A DNA stretch of 64,000 bases from Caldora sp. SIO3E6 (GCA_010672185.1 JAAHHL010000032.1:5937-69936), one strand, 5' to 3'; shown: positions 15,726 to 24,163, counted from the first letter of the stretch. The notes: generated from the sequence alone by a model not told the origin. Numbers and translations: made by a program.

Positions 15726-17069
15726 TTAGGTCAAACTTAGGAACTGACTGGTCTCAGGTTTGAAAAGGCATTTCACAGTTCCCGTTTTTCCACCCCGATG
15801 CTTGCCAACAATGATTTCTGCTATCCCTTGGTCTGGGGTGTCCGGGTTGTAATACTCATCCCGATACAGCAACATAATCACATCCGATGCCTGTTCAAGT
15901 CCCCCTGATTCTCTGAGTTGGGAAATAGTTGGTCGCTTATCCTTCTGACTCTCTACGGAGCGATTAATCTGGGCTAGAGCCAAGAAAGGAACGTCAAACT
16001 CTTTGGCAATCGATTTGCAGCCATTAGCAAGCCTATCAAGCTCGGATACTCGGTTAGTCCTACCGTCTTCTGAGCCTAGTAGTTGTAGATAATCCAGTAT
16101 CACTAATCCAGGATGCCCGTAGGTGGCAGTAGCACGTCTGATACCTGCTCGTATTCGCATCAAGTTCAAGCCAGAACCTGGGGTATCATCAATCCAGAGT
16201 GGAACAGTTCCCGCCTTTTCCACAGTGTTAAGAATAGCTGCATAGTCGGATGCTTGAAGAGAGCCTTCTTCAATCTGGCGTGAATCGACACCAGAATCTC
16301 TGGCAATAATCCGCGTCATCAGCTCATCTCTATCCATCTCAGCAGAAAAGAAAATGACTGGCTTTCGTTGGAAGACTGCTGTTTGATGGGCTAGCCATAC
16401 TGATAGCTGGGTTTTCCCGATGCCAGAACGCCCAGCAACTACATAAAGCTTCTTCTTTTTCAGCCCACCGATTAGTTTATCAAGATCATAAATCTCGGTT
16501 TTTAACCCTGCTTCATTTACACCGATTTGTTTATAAATCCGGCTCATGATATCTACTGGGGTTTCAATATTGGTAGTCGTACTTTCAGATAGCTTGAAGA
16601 TTTTTTGTTCGGAACAGTCAAGGACATTTTCCAATTCGGTGGATGTCTCATAACCTAGCTGCACAATCTCGTTGCCAGCTTTGATTAGTTGGCGACGGGT
16701 AAATTTGTCCATCACCAAATCTGCGTATCGGTCAATATTAACCGCTGATACAGTACGCTCAACTAGCTGTGCTAACTTACTCTGACCGCCAACCTTATCT
16801 AAAGTTTTATGATCATACAAAAAGGTAGTGACACTCATTAAATCTGTTGGTTTACCCACAAGATAGAGGGCTAAGGCAGCTTCGTAAATATCTCTGTGGA
16901 CATTGATATAAAACGCTTGCGGGTACAAAATGTCCACAATCCGACTCATAGCCTCTGGGTCTAGCAGAATCCCTCCAAGGATTGCTTCTTCGGCATCAAT
17001 GTTCTGAGGGGGTAAGGCGTTATCTCCAAAGGTTTGAAAACTGATAACGTTGTTTGTATTTGAGTACAT
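15726..17069 (-). CDS. dnaB: Replicative DNA helicase DnaB
   Basis: 447 aa. Has the N-terminal DnaB signature (PPQNIDAEEAILGGILLDPEA), Walker A (AGRSGIGKTQLS), and the YLQLL and RxxSQLRESG motifs. Confidence 0.95.
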   Translation of the reverse strand: MYSNTNNVISFQTFGDNALPPQNIDAEEAILGGILLDPEAMSRIVDILYPQAFYINVHRDIYEAALALYLVGKPTDLMSVTTFLYDHKTLDKVGGQSKLAQLVERTVSAVNIDRYADLVMDKFTRRQLIKAGNEIVQLGYETSTELENVLDCSEQKIFKLSESTTTNIETPVDIMSRIYKQIGVNEAGLKTEIYDLDKLIGGLKKKKLYVVAGRSGIGKTQLSVWLAHQTAVFQRKPVIFFSAEMDRDELMTRIIARDSGVDSRQIEEGSLQASDYAAILNTVEKAGTVPLWIDDTPGSGLNLMRIRAGIRRATATYGHPGLVILDYLQLLGSEDGRTNRVSELDRLANGCKSIAKEFDVPFLALAQINRSVESQKDKRPTISQLRESGGLEQASDVIMLLYRDEYYNPDTPDQGIAEIIVGKHRGGKTGTVKCLFKPETSQFLSLT

Positions 17070-17073
17070 TTAT

Positions 17074-18321
17074 CTAAAACTCCATTGCTTGAATCATCCA
17101 TTTCTGGACTTTTTCTACGGGAATCTCGCCATTTTTAATCGCCCCTGGTAGCCACTTGGGAATGAACATTTTCTTGCCTTCGGGAATGGCATTCAGTTGG
17201 TCTATTCGACGTTTAAGTAGATTCGCCGCTTCTTCTTCTGGGGATGGTGGCTTGCGGATTGTGTATAAGGGGGCTGTGAGGGGCTGTGAGAGTTGTTTAT
17301 CTTCCTTTGAAGCAGAGTAAGCATCCCACTCGATAAGAAGCTCGTCACGGCGCTTAAAATCGTATTTCCCAGCTGAGATGTGCTTCCGAACCTTCGTGAT
17401 CAAGTCTCCGTTCATTAATCCCTGGTAGGCGGGGTAGTCTGACAAAGACTTGGACATCCACTCTTCAAACCCCTGCTCAAACTGTCTCGGACTCTTGCTG
17501 GTTTCCCACGGCAGCTGGTCACTCCCGTCAAGATTCTTTTGGTAACGAGAACCATTCTCAATCGGGGCAGCGGAATCCTTGATCCTTTGGAGAGTCTGGT
17601 GAGTTGGGTTTAATTCTTCCTTTTTTTGAGCGACTGGAGAGGAGAGTATTTCGGTTACTTCTTCTTGTCCGGAAGAATTTTCTTTACACACACTCTCTTG
17701 GGTGGGGGGTGGGGGAGAGTGATCTGATGAGTGATCTGATCTATTGATCTGATCTATATAAGGAGGAACATCCAAATTTGGCACTAACTTAGTACCAAAT
17801 TTGGCACTAACCCCATCCAGATTTGGCACTAACCCTTCATCCAGATTTGGCACTAACCCTTCATCCAGATTTGGCACTAACCCTTCATCCAGATTTGGCA
17901 CTAACCCCCCCTTAAGCAAGAGTGTTCCAATTACTTCCGCGTTAACCCTGTAATATTTGGTAGGGTTCCCTTTCTTGAGTGAAGCTTGGCAAGAGATGAT
18001 GTAGTTTTCTTTGGTTAGCTTCAGAAAAATTCTCTGGATTTTTCGAGCGCTGCCTAATGCGGGATACATTTCTCCCCATTGTTTGTAGCTGGCAGCCGTC
18101 CACCATTCGCCATCGTGGTAGTAGTTGCGTTTGTTGGAATCTTCGTTCTTCTCACACCATCGCTCCACTACCTCAATTAATATGGCTTCGTGGATGCCAA
18201 TGGAATTGGCTACATCCCAGTAAAGCTTGGTGTACGAGCGCTTTCGATGCAGCGCTTTGTAAAGAGCAATGGCTGAACTAGTGTCCACCCCTTGCCGACT
18301 CTGTTGATTTTTAGATATCAT
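17074..18321 (-). CDS. Putative replication initiator / replisome organiser (N-terminal winged-helix-like domain; internal GLVPNLDE peptide repeat)
   Basis: 415 aa, immediately upstream of dnaB. It contains the iteron array listed below. Confidence 0.5.
   Translation of the reverse strand: MISKNQQSRQGVDTSSAIALYKALHRKRSYTKLYWDVANSIGIHEAILIEVVERWCEKNEDSNKRNYYHDGEWWTAASYKQWGEMYPALGSARKIQRIFLKLTKENYIISCQASLKKGNPTKYYRVNAEVIGTLLLKGGLVPNLDEGLVPNLDEGLVPNLDEGLVPNLDGVSAKFGTKLVPNLDVPPYIDQINRSDHSSDHSPPPPTQESVCKENSSGQEEVTEILSSPVAQKKEELNPTHQTLQRIKDSAAPIENGSRYQKNLDGSDQLPWETSKSPRQFEQGFEEWMSKSLSDYPAYQGLMNGDLITKVRKHISAGKYDFKRRDELLIEWDAYSASKEDKQLSQPLTAPLYTIRKPPSPEEEAANLLKRRIDQLNAIPEGKKMFIPKWLPGAIKNGEIPVEKVQKWMIQAMEF
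17776..17905. repeat. Six direct copies of ATTTGGCACTAAC (iteron-like); the last four are at exact 24-bp spacing
   Basis: Copies start at 17776, 17799, 17821, 17845, 17869 and 17893. All lie inside the initiator ORF. Confidence 0.85.
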
Positions 18322-18509
18322 AAATTCAGTCGTAATCCTCCGTTGGTTACGTTTAGTTCACGGTAAATGTCATAAGTCCTCGATTGGTTTTGTGGTTTGA
18401 CTGTGAATCGACACCCCTCACAAAGGTGTCAATATCAGAAATCAGAGGCTTCCCGTTGGCAGCGGGGGGCTTCGCCGTTTTTAGGGGCTTGCTCCAACCT
18501 CCCCTTTAT

Positions 18510-18527
18510 GTTAACGTATACGTTAAC
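18510..18527. promoter_or_regulatory. Perfect 18-bp palindrome GTTAACGTATACGTTAAC (operator candidate)
   Basis: Lies in the divergent region between the initiator gene (minus strand) and the HTH gene. It is 19 nt upstream of that gene's ATG and just 5' of the AAGGAGG RBS. Confidence 0.55.
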
Positions 18528-18545
18528 GATAGTCAAGGAGGATAT

Positions 18546-18794
18546 ATGAAAAAACAAGAATTTATGGAAAAAAGCTTGCGAGAGCTGGAAGCATTGACAG
18601 GAGCCTCTTATACTCATTGGATGCGATACTTTAATGGTGGAAATTCCCCTACTTTGACAACTTTGGAGAAGTACTCAGATGCTCTTGATGTACCGTTGGG
18701 GGAACTATGCGAATGGGTTGCAGAAAGGCGGGATACAACGATGAAACGCCTTAAACGTTCTCGTCATCCAGCTCAAACAGCTCAAGCTGGATGA
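18546..18794 (+). CDS. XRE/Cro-type HTH regulator
   Basis: ATG at 18546, preceded by AAGGAGG. HTH region: LEALTGASYTHWMRYFNGGNSPTLTTLEKYSDALDVPLGEL. The longer ORF-track start (18384) lacks support. Confidence 0.75.
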   Translation: MKKQEFMEKSLRELEALTGASYTHWMRYFNGGNSPTLTTLEKYSDALDVPLGELCEWVAERRDTTMKRLKRSRHPAQTAQAG

Positions 18795-19075
18795 ACTCTG
18801 GGTTTGTACAGCCAATCAATTCTTTCTTCTGAAGTTTGGCACTCTTCGGCTCCCACTTCATGGGGCAATAGCCCCCAATCTTCACAGAAAGATTCAGAGT
18901 GGATGCGCATATGGGATTTTTTCCCGTACTGTATCTTGCCCTCAAGATACACGTAAGCCTCAAGGTTGATAGTTTTGGCTCTCCGTAGTTTTTTGAGTTC
19001 TTTGGCGTTAAGCGTGAACTCTCTTATTTCGATGGGGTGCGGTATGTCTACTGTTCCAATTAGTTCTAGTGGCAT
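18782..19075 (-). CDS. Hypothetical small protein in the switch region
   Basis: 97-aa ORF with an ATG start, divergent from the HTH gene at 19160. Confidence 0.4.
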   Translation of the reverse strand: MPLELIGTVDIPHPIEIREFTLNAKELKKLRRAKTINLEAYVYLEGKIQYGKKSHMRIHSESFCEDWGLLPHEVGAEECQTSEERIDWLYKPRVHPA

Positions 19076-19117
19076 AATCTACGTAGTATTACTTAGAAGA
19101 TTGATTGAAAAAATTAC

Positions 19118-19135
19118 ATTCCCAAATTTGGGAAT
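19118..19135. promoter_or_regulatory. Perfect 18-bp palindrome ATTCCCAAATTTGGGAAT (operator candidate)
   Basis: Lies in the 84-bp divergent intergenic region between 19075 (minus strand) and 19160 (plus strand). Its core CCAAATTTGG is shared with iterons 1 and 2. Confidence 0.55.
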
Positions 19136-19159
19136 AAATACATTATATGGGGAGCCATT

Positions 19160-19462
19160 ATGGATATTGAGTTAGCGAGAGAGCAGCTGAAGCGTATCAT
19201 TCAAGATTATGACCTCAATGTAGCCAGCCTGAGCAGTACTACAGATATTCATCACAACAGCCTGTACCGTTTCCTAAAGGGGGAGCAGGACTTATCGTTA
19301 TCCAGATGGCTAAAACTCTTACAAGCTCTACCACCGAGGGCAAGAGAGGAGTATCTATCAGTAATGTTTGGGATAGGGGATATTAACAGGCTCAGTAGTG
19401 AGGCGAAAAAAAGTATACTCTTTCGGATGGTGAGCGAAATCGTTGATAGCTCTAAAGTTTAA
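19160..19462 (+). CDS. Small HTH-like regulator
   Basis: 100 aa with an ATG start and a GGGGAG RBS-like motif. HTH-like segment: VASLSSTTDIHHNSLYRFLKGEQDLSLSRWLKLL. Confidence 0.55.
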   Translation: MDIELAREQLKRIIQDYDLNVASLSSTTDIHHNSLYRFLKGEQDLSLSRWLKLLQALPPRAREEYLSVMFGIGDINRLSSEAKKSILFRMVSEIVDSSKV

Positions 19463-19816
19463 GTGGTATGTCTCAAAAAAGCATTTACCACTATGGATAA
19501 TAATCACCTCCCTTGCAGGAGAGACAAAGTGAACGCAGAAGACTTGCTCAAATTTATAGAAACCATTGAAGTTGGGGCTTTAAGCCCAGATGAGAAAACC
19601 CAGATATGCACAACGCTTAATCAAAAATTTTTAGGGATTGAGATACCAGAAACAGTATCTCAATCCTTTTCATTAGGGGGGATTCAGCCAGTAGGAGGAA
19701 ATATCAGTCTCAATATTTTTAATCCAGAAGTATTGTTAGAGTTGGTTGATAAAATGGCAGAGAAAGAGCCAGAAATTTTGCTTAAACTAGCTGAAATAAT
19801 TGCCAAAAGATTTTGA
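19463..19816 (+). CDS. Hypothetical protein
   Basis: 117-aa ORF. Start is either GTG at 19463 or ATG at 19493. Confidence 0.45.
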   Translation: MVCLKKAFTTMDNNHLPCRRDKVNAEDLLKFIETIEVGALSPDEKTQICTTLNQKFLGIEIPETVSQSFSLGGIQPVGGNISLNIFNPEVLLELVDKMAEKEPEILLKLAEIIAKRF

Positions 19817-20325
19817 CAAATGCTGAAATTCAAGCCAGTATCGCTTCAATACTGGCTGACCAAACAAAAACACCACTCTATAGTTTGCTGGGACTTTCTT
19901 CTATCGATTACCAGATAGAAGCTGAGCGGATGGTACGGAGTGCGATCGCAAAGTACGAACCTCGCGCTGAAGTAATGGCGGTAGAGTTTTCTGACGGGTT
20001 GGAGGTACTGTGGCAACCTCTCACTCATAATATTATGAGTGACACTTACCCAAACTACTCATCACTACCCCCACAAGAAGCTGCGGATAAATTAGTGGAA
20101 TATGCTTTGGCTCAGTATTTAGGGAGTACCTACCCCCAACTCCTCCAAGGAGGGGAGGTAGTTGAGGAAATAAGGAGAGCAGTAGAGTCGGATGCTAGGT
20201 TGAGTGTCGTCACTGTGTCCGGACACAGCGACGGATACCAAGTAGAGATTGTATCGTCGGCAGCTATCGAAAAAATTCTCAGATACGATAGCATCTCACA
20301 GTATGATGGCACTTGGAGCTACTAA
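19813..20325 (+). CDS. Hypothetical protein, possibly gp25/GPW-like baseplate component
   Basis: 170 aa with a TTG start. The segment AERMVRSAIAKYEPRAEVMAVEF resembles the gp25-family core. Weak support. Confidence 0.35.
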   Translation: MTNAEIQASIASILADQTKTPLYSLLGLSSIDYQIEAERMVRSAIAKYEPRAEVMAVEFSDGLEVLWQPLTHNIMSDTYPNYSSLPPQEAADKLVEYALAQYLGSTYPQLLQGGEVVEEIRRAVESDARLSVVTVSGHSDGYQVEIVSSAAIEKILRYDSISQYDGTWSY

Positions 20326-21101
20326 TACGATCCGTGCCTGACCTTCCTGAAAATTCAGCAACCTACCCCGCCGCTGTACGCCAAATTGATTCTGGGGAAT
20401 TTGCAGTAGGGGGAGATACTACTAAACCCCCAAATGAGCAGCTGCTTGCTTTGGCTAGTCGGACAGCATTTCTGAAGGCTCAAGTTGATGCTCTTACAGC
20501 TGCGATTAACGGATTGACTATTGGAGAAGAGGTCCAGGCACACTCTGGTACACTAGATGCGATCACAGGGTTAAACCTGATTGCTGATAAATTCATTGGA
20601 ACCAATAGTGCTGGAACGATCACTTTAAAATCTGTTCCGACAATATCAATAGCCATTTTACAAGATTTCAAAACTGCCTTTGGGGGACAGGGAAATACTA
20701 CCGGGTGGTTGAAGCGTGACTTGAATGATAAACAGGAAACTGGTACAAGTTTCTGTACTTTGAATGGTGACAGTACCTTCAGCTTGCCAGCTGGGAGTTA
20801 TTTAGTTTGGGCTAGAGTGCCAGGGACAATGGTAGATAAGCATCAGTGTCGCGTCGCAAATACTACCGACACTATTTACTATAAGGGCAGTTCAACTCAG
20901 ACACTAACCGCCGCTGCTGTATCGGGGCAGAGTATTACTACCGATAGCTGGGTGTTTGCTACTTTTGCGATCGCATCTACAAAAACGTTTCAGATTGAAC
21001 ATAGAATCTACGATACTATTATTGACCGCAGTTTAGGTGCTGAGGTGGGTACAGGGATGGGGGAGGTTTATACTCAGGTTGTCATTGTTAAGTTGGGCTG
21101 A
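20313..21101 (+). CDS. Tail-fibre-like protein
   Basis: 262 aa with a TTG start. The N-terminal motif (NEQLLALASRTAFLKAQVDAL) resembles the conserved tail-fibre N-terminal helix, and the C-terminus is beta-rich. Confidence 0.45.
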   Translation: MELLIRSVPDLPENSATYPAAVRQIDSGEFAVGGDTTKPPNEQLLALASRTAFLKAQVDALTAAINGLTIGEEVQAHSGTLDAITGLNLIADKFIGTNSAGTITLKSVPTISIAILQDFKTAFGGQGNTTGWLKRDLNDKQETGTSFCTLNGDSTFSLPAGSYLVWARVPGTMVDKHQCRVANTTDTIYYKGSSTQTLTAAAVSGQSITTDSWVFATFAIASTKTFQIEHRIYDTIIDRSLGAEVGTGMGEVYTQVVIVKLG

Positions 21102-21120
21102 GGTGAAAGTTGAATAAGTA

Positions 21121-21411
21121 ATGTCGAACAACCGTTACCCTGATAATTGGTCAGAAATCGCTACAGCAATCAAAGAATCAGCTAAATGGCGCTGTAGTAA
21201 GTGTGGGTGTCAGTGCATCCGTCCTGGGGAAGATACATCGCATCTATCGCACTCAGAGAGGATGGCAAAAACTCTCACAGTGCATCATTACAATCGGATT
21301 CCGGAGGATAATCGTCCTGAGAATTTAGTCGCACTCTGTACCGGGTGTCATCTGGCTTATCATCAAGGCGGTTTGTCTAATGTCTCTCCTGGACAGTTGT
21401 CACTGTTGTAG
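21121..21411 (+). CDS. HNH endonuclease (paralog of 15249-15680)
   Basis: 96 aa. Contains WRCSKCGCQC ... HHYNRIPEDNRPENLVALCTGCHLAYH. Its N-terminus YPDNWSEIATAIKESAKW parallels YPKNWESIALEIKEAADW in the other HNH. Confidence 0.85.
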   Translation: MSNNRYPDNWSEIATAIKESAKWRCSKCGCQCIRPGEDTSHLSHSERMAKTLTVHHYNRIPEDNRPENLVALCTGCHLAYHQGGLSNVSPGQLSLL

Positions 21412-21445
21412 GTACAGTACGCAGTCGAGTCAGCTATGCAGTTCT

Positions 21446-21570
21446 TATACTAAATCCGGGTTAGATACCCCCGTTTTCGCAGGGATAAGGCAGATGGCAG
21501 AAGGAAAAGAAGGCTTAGGCGAAAACGGGGGTTTGAAAGGCTGATTTGGTATTATACCAAATCCGGTTTA
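21446..21570. repeat. 125-bp element: 18-bp imperfect direct repeats (TATACTAAATCCGGGTTA / TATACCAAATCCGGTTTA) flanking a 14-bp-stem hairpin
   Basis: Stem arms are 21467-21480 (ACCCCCGTTTTCGC) and 21519-21532 (GCGAAAACGGGGGT). Lies between convergent genes. Confidence 0.6.
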
Positions 21571-21930
21571 CTCAGACCAATTATCAATTCCTAGGTGTTC
21601 GGAATAGAATTGAGTGGCATTAGCGTGGATGATTTCGCTCATCTCGCACTCTGCTTCTGCTACTTCTTGAGCTTCAGCTTCGATTATCTGCCCCATCTGC
21701 TTGTTGATTGAAGCCCGTTGAGCCTCCAGAATGCTGCGGAACATATGGCGGCTGATGGGCCATGAACCGCGAGTTAGCTTTACCCATACCATGTCGCCTT
21801 CTATTCGGATGGCTTCAATCTCATCAGGGCTGAAGGTTTTGTTAATCGCGTCCCAGGTCAAAACTGAGGCAATGGTTACGCGATCAGCATATGAGAGAGC
21901 TTCTCGTGTGCGAGTTGCTGTGTATGTCAT
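21568..21930 (-). CDS. Hypothetical protein
   Basis: 120-aa ORF with an ATG start. Confidence 0.5.
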   Translation of the reverse strand: MTYTATRTREALSYADRVTIASVLTWDAINKTFSPDEIEAIRIEGDMVWVKLTRGSWPISRHMFRSILEAQRASINKQMGQIIEAEAQEVAEAECEMSEIIHANATQFYSEHLGIDNWSE

Positions 21931-22010
21931 AATTTTTCCAGATGTACTTGTTACGTCGCACCCACCCTGTCAGGTTCCAATTGTCGGGGTGGGTTTATAC
22001 TTCTATTCTA

Positions 22011-22106
22011 CCGTGCGGACACGGCGATAACAATGCTTTTGTTATTTGTAATACTAATCGTGCGGACACGAAAGGAATAAGTTATTATAATACCGTGCGG
22101 ACGCGG
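22011..22106. promoter_or_regulatory. Three copies of CGTGCGGAC(A/G)CG (operator-like) upstream of the RHH gene
   Basis: Copies at 22011-22024 (CCGTGCGGACACGG), 22059-22070 (CGTGCGGACACG) and 22093-22106 (CCGTGCGGACGCGG). The last ends 20 nt before the ATG at 22126. Confidence 0.55.
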
Positions 22107-22125
22107 TAAGTGGTATGGTTGAAGA

Positions 22126-22350
22126 ATGAACAAACAACCAAGAAATAAAGGTAAATTTGCCCCCAAAGGTACTGAATTCTTGGGCAAAAGAATCAGTGTC
22201 AGGCTGCATCGATCAGTTGAGGAAAAATTGAATGCGATCACAGCGGAAAAAGGCATCTCAGCATCTGAGTTAATTCGCCAATTGGTGACAGATTCTTTGA
22301 TGGGGGAAGGTAAATATCTGGAATTAATTGGAAAACAAAACAATGACTGA
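22126..22350 (+). CDS. Ribbon-helix-helix (CopG/Arc-like) DNA-binding protein
   Basis: 74 aa. The segment KRISVRLHRSVEEKLNAITAEKGISASELIRQLV shows the RHH beta-strand plus two-helix pattern. Confidence 0.7.
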   Translation: MNKQPRNKGKFAPKGTEFLGKRISVRLHRSVEEKLNAITAEKGISASELIRQLVTDSLMGEGKYLELIGKQNND

Positions 22351-22924
22351 ATCAATCAGAGCCACCCGTGCATCAGTACAAATTGGCTCCCTGGAAGTAG
22401 ATGGCTTCATGCTGCCGGATGGGTCATACCGAATGTCCCAGACTCAAGCTGCTGAATGTGTGGGACTTAGTGAGAGAAACGCCCGCGATTTTTTACGGTC
22501 AAAAGCGCTAAAATCATTACTGGGAGAAGGTTATACGCCCGCGATTTCCGCCGTAGAAATTGAGTCTAACGACCAATTGCGAGGTCAAAGCCGATTTAAT
22601 GCATTACCACTGGAAGTGGTTTGTGCCTACTGGCAATGGCAGGCTTTTCGAGGTAACAAGCAAGCTCTTAGTTTATGCATGGCGCTCATGCTTGAATCCC
22701 TAGAACGTCGATTTGATAATGCTTTTGCGGTGACTCGCACAGAACAAGAACGTCAGGAACGGCTGACCAGTCGCATCCAGCAGCTTGAGCGTGACCTAAC
22801 CCAACTAGGTGAAGATTTTGCTCTGGATGACCAGATTCGACGGGAACGGGATTACTTCGAGAGGCTGCTAAGAGAAAATGGCATCGACCCTTGGGCACTA
22901 CCAAATAGTGAGGAGGAAGCTTAG
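22343..22924 (+). CDS. Hypothetical protein, possibly DNA-binding (antirepressor/KilA-N-like N-terminus)
   Basis: ATG at 22343 overlaps the RHH stop (ATGACTGA). Contains a MSQTQAAECVGLSERNARDF HTH-like segment. Confidence 0.45.
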   Translation: MTESIRATRASVQIGSLEVDGFMLPDGSYRMSQTQAAECVGLSERNARDFLRSKALKSLLGEGYTPAISAVEIESNDQLRGQSRFNALPLEVVCAYWQWQAFRGNKQALSLCMALMLESLERRFDNAFAVTRTEQERQERLTSRIQQLERDLTQLGEDFALDDQIRRERDYFERLLRENGIDPWALPNSEEEA

Positions 22925-23015
22925 TGATGCAAAAAGCTGACCTTTTGCTGGGGTTACCCTCCTTCACTCAATTAGTCCATCCAGTAACTCTTTGACATAC
23001 TCCCGACGCTAACCC

Positions 23016-23309
23016 TTATTCGCCTCCCAGCTGTTTTGAGATGCGATCACACAGCCATTCTTCCAGTTCCATACCATCAATCTTTGCTTTGAGCTTGCAC
23101 TCTGACAGATGCTTTTCAGCATTTCTCATCGTGTAAGTCTCCAGAGCAGTCATCATACAATTGGTTCTTGATTTATTGGTTGCCAAGCCAGCAATGATCA
23201 GCCTTAGGTACAGTAAGGAGGGCATTTCATTGGTTGTCATCCGCTTGCCATCCAGCTCCTTTAGTATTCCTTTTTCGCTTAAGCAATTAATTAATTTGTC
23301 GAAATCCAT
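23016..23309 (-). CDS. Hypothetical protein
   Basis: 97-aa ORF with an ATG start. Confidence 0.4.
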   Translation of the reverse strand: MDFDKLINCLSEKGILKELDGKRMTTNEMPSLLYLRLIIAGLATNKSRTNCMMTALETYTMRNAEKHLSECKLKAKIDGMELEEWLCDRISKQLGGE

Positions 23310-23402
23310 GATTAGATGAATATCCCGTGACTATACTCATCATGCTATCATCAGCATAGCTAGAGCGATCGAACATGGGACGTTCCGGCTAAAGCTCGTC
23401 CC

Positions 23403-23672
23403 ATGTCACCGCCGCAGCGGCTAACCCCTAAAACACGCTTAGAGGCTTTTAAAATCATGCACCCTATAGAATTACTGAGCAAGCCACAATGGTCATACTC
23501 TAGGTTATCTTTCTTTTTGGGAGTATCGGAAACTGAAGTAAGACGGTGGAACTGCCAGACAAAGAAAACACGCCGCAATCCTTCCAGAACAGCTCAAATA
23601 CTGGCAGCTGTGATTGATAAGCATCCAGAAGTTGTCAAAACTATCGCTAATTTGGACGTGCTTTACGACTAG
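23403..23672 (+). CDS. Hypothetical small protein (HTH-like)
   Basis: 89 aa with an ATG start. HTH-like segment: SYSRLSFFLGVSETEVRRW. Followed by a clear terminator. Confidence 0.45.
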   Translation: MSPPQRLTPKTRLEAFKIMHPIELLSKPQWSYSRLSFFLGVSETEVRRWNCQTKKTRRNPSRTAQILAAVIDKHPEVVKTIANLDVLYD

Positions 23673-23698
23673 CCCAATGTTATGACCAAAAGGCATAG

Positions 23699-23721
23699 CC
23701 CCTCAATGCGAGGGGTTTTTT
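23699..23721 (+). terminator. Rho-independent terminator
   Basis: CCCCTC-AATGC-GAGGGG stem-loop followed by TTTTTT, 27 nt after the stop at 23672. Confidence 0.7.
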
Positions 23722-23777
23722 AATGGAATTGAACCGAAATAAAGGCGAAATGATATCAGACACAAAAACCGAAATGT

Positions 23778-24161
23778 ATGGAAGCGACCATCAGAAGACT
23801 AACACCAGAAGAAAGTGATAATTTGCTTCAAAAATCAACCCCCAAGCCAGAGGAGGGGAGGTTTCCTGCCAGGGTAAGGATTGACTGGCTGAGTCGGGTT
23901 TTAGGGAAAAGCGATCGCACTTTAGCTAGGTATAGAAAGATTGCCTTTGAAGAGATTGCTGAGTACTGGTTAATCTGTCTGGACACTAACCCAGGATACA
24001 TATTAGGGGAAACCAAGCTACCAGACAAACCACCACTCACTCAGCGTCAGGCGGAAATCCTAGTCATTATCAGCAAACTATTTGACTCTCTTAAAGACCA
24101 ATATTTAGTCCGGCATCAACTTAATCAATTCTTTGTCCATCCAAACGATTTACAGGAGTAA
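23778..24161 (+). CDS. Hypothetical protein
   Basis: 127-aa ORF with an ATG start. Possible HTH (GKSDRTLARYRKIA). Confidence 0.45.
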   Translation: MEATIRRLTPEESDNLLQKSTPKPEEGRFPARVRIDWLSRVLGKSDRTLARYRKIAFEEIAEYWLICLDTNPGYILGETKLPDKPPLTQRQAEILVIISKLFDSLKDQYLVRHQLNQFFVHPNDLQE

Positions 24162-24163
24162 AA

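Noticed and set aside
21961-21993. Hairpin ACCCACCC...GGGTGGGT followed by TTTAT as a terminator
   Set aside because: No gene ends upstream of it on the plus strand, and it lies 5' of the minus-strand gene. The function is unclear and the stem is short.
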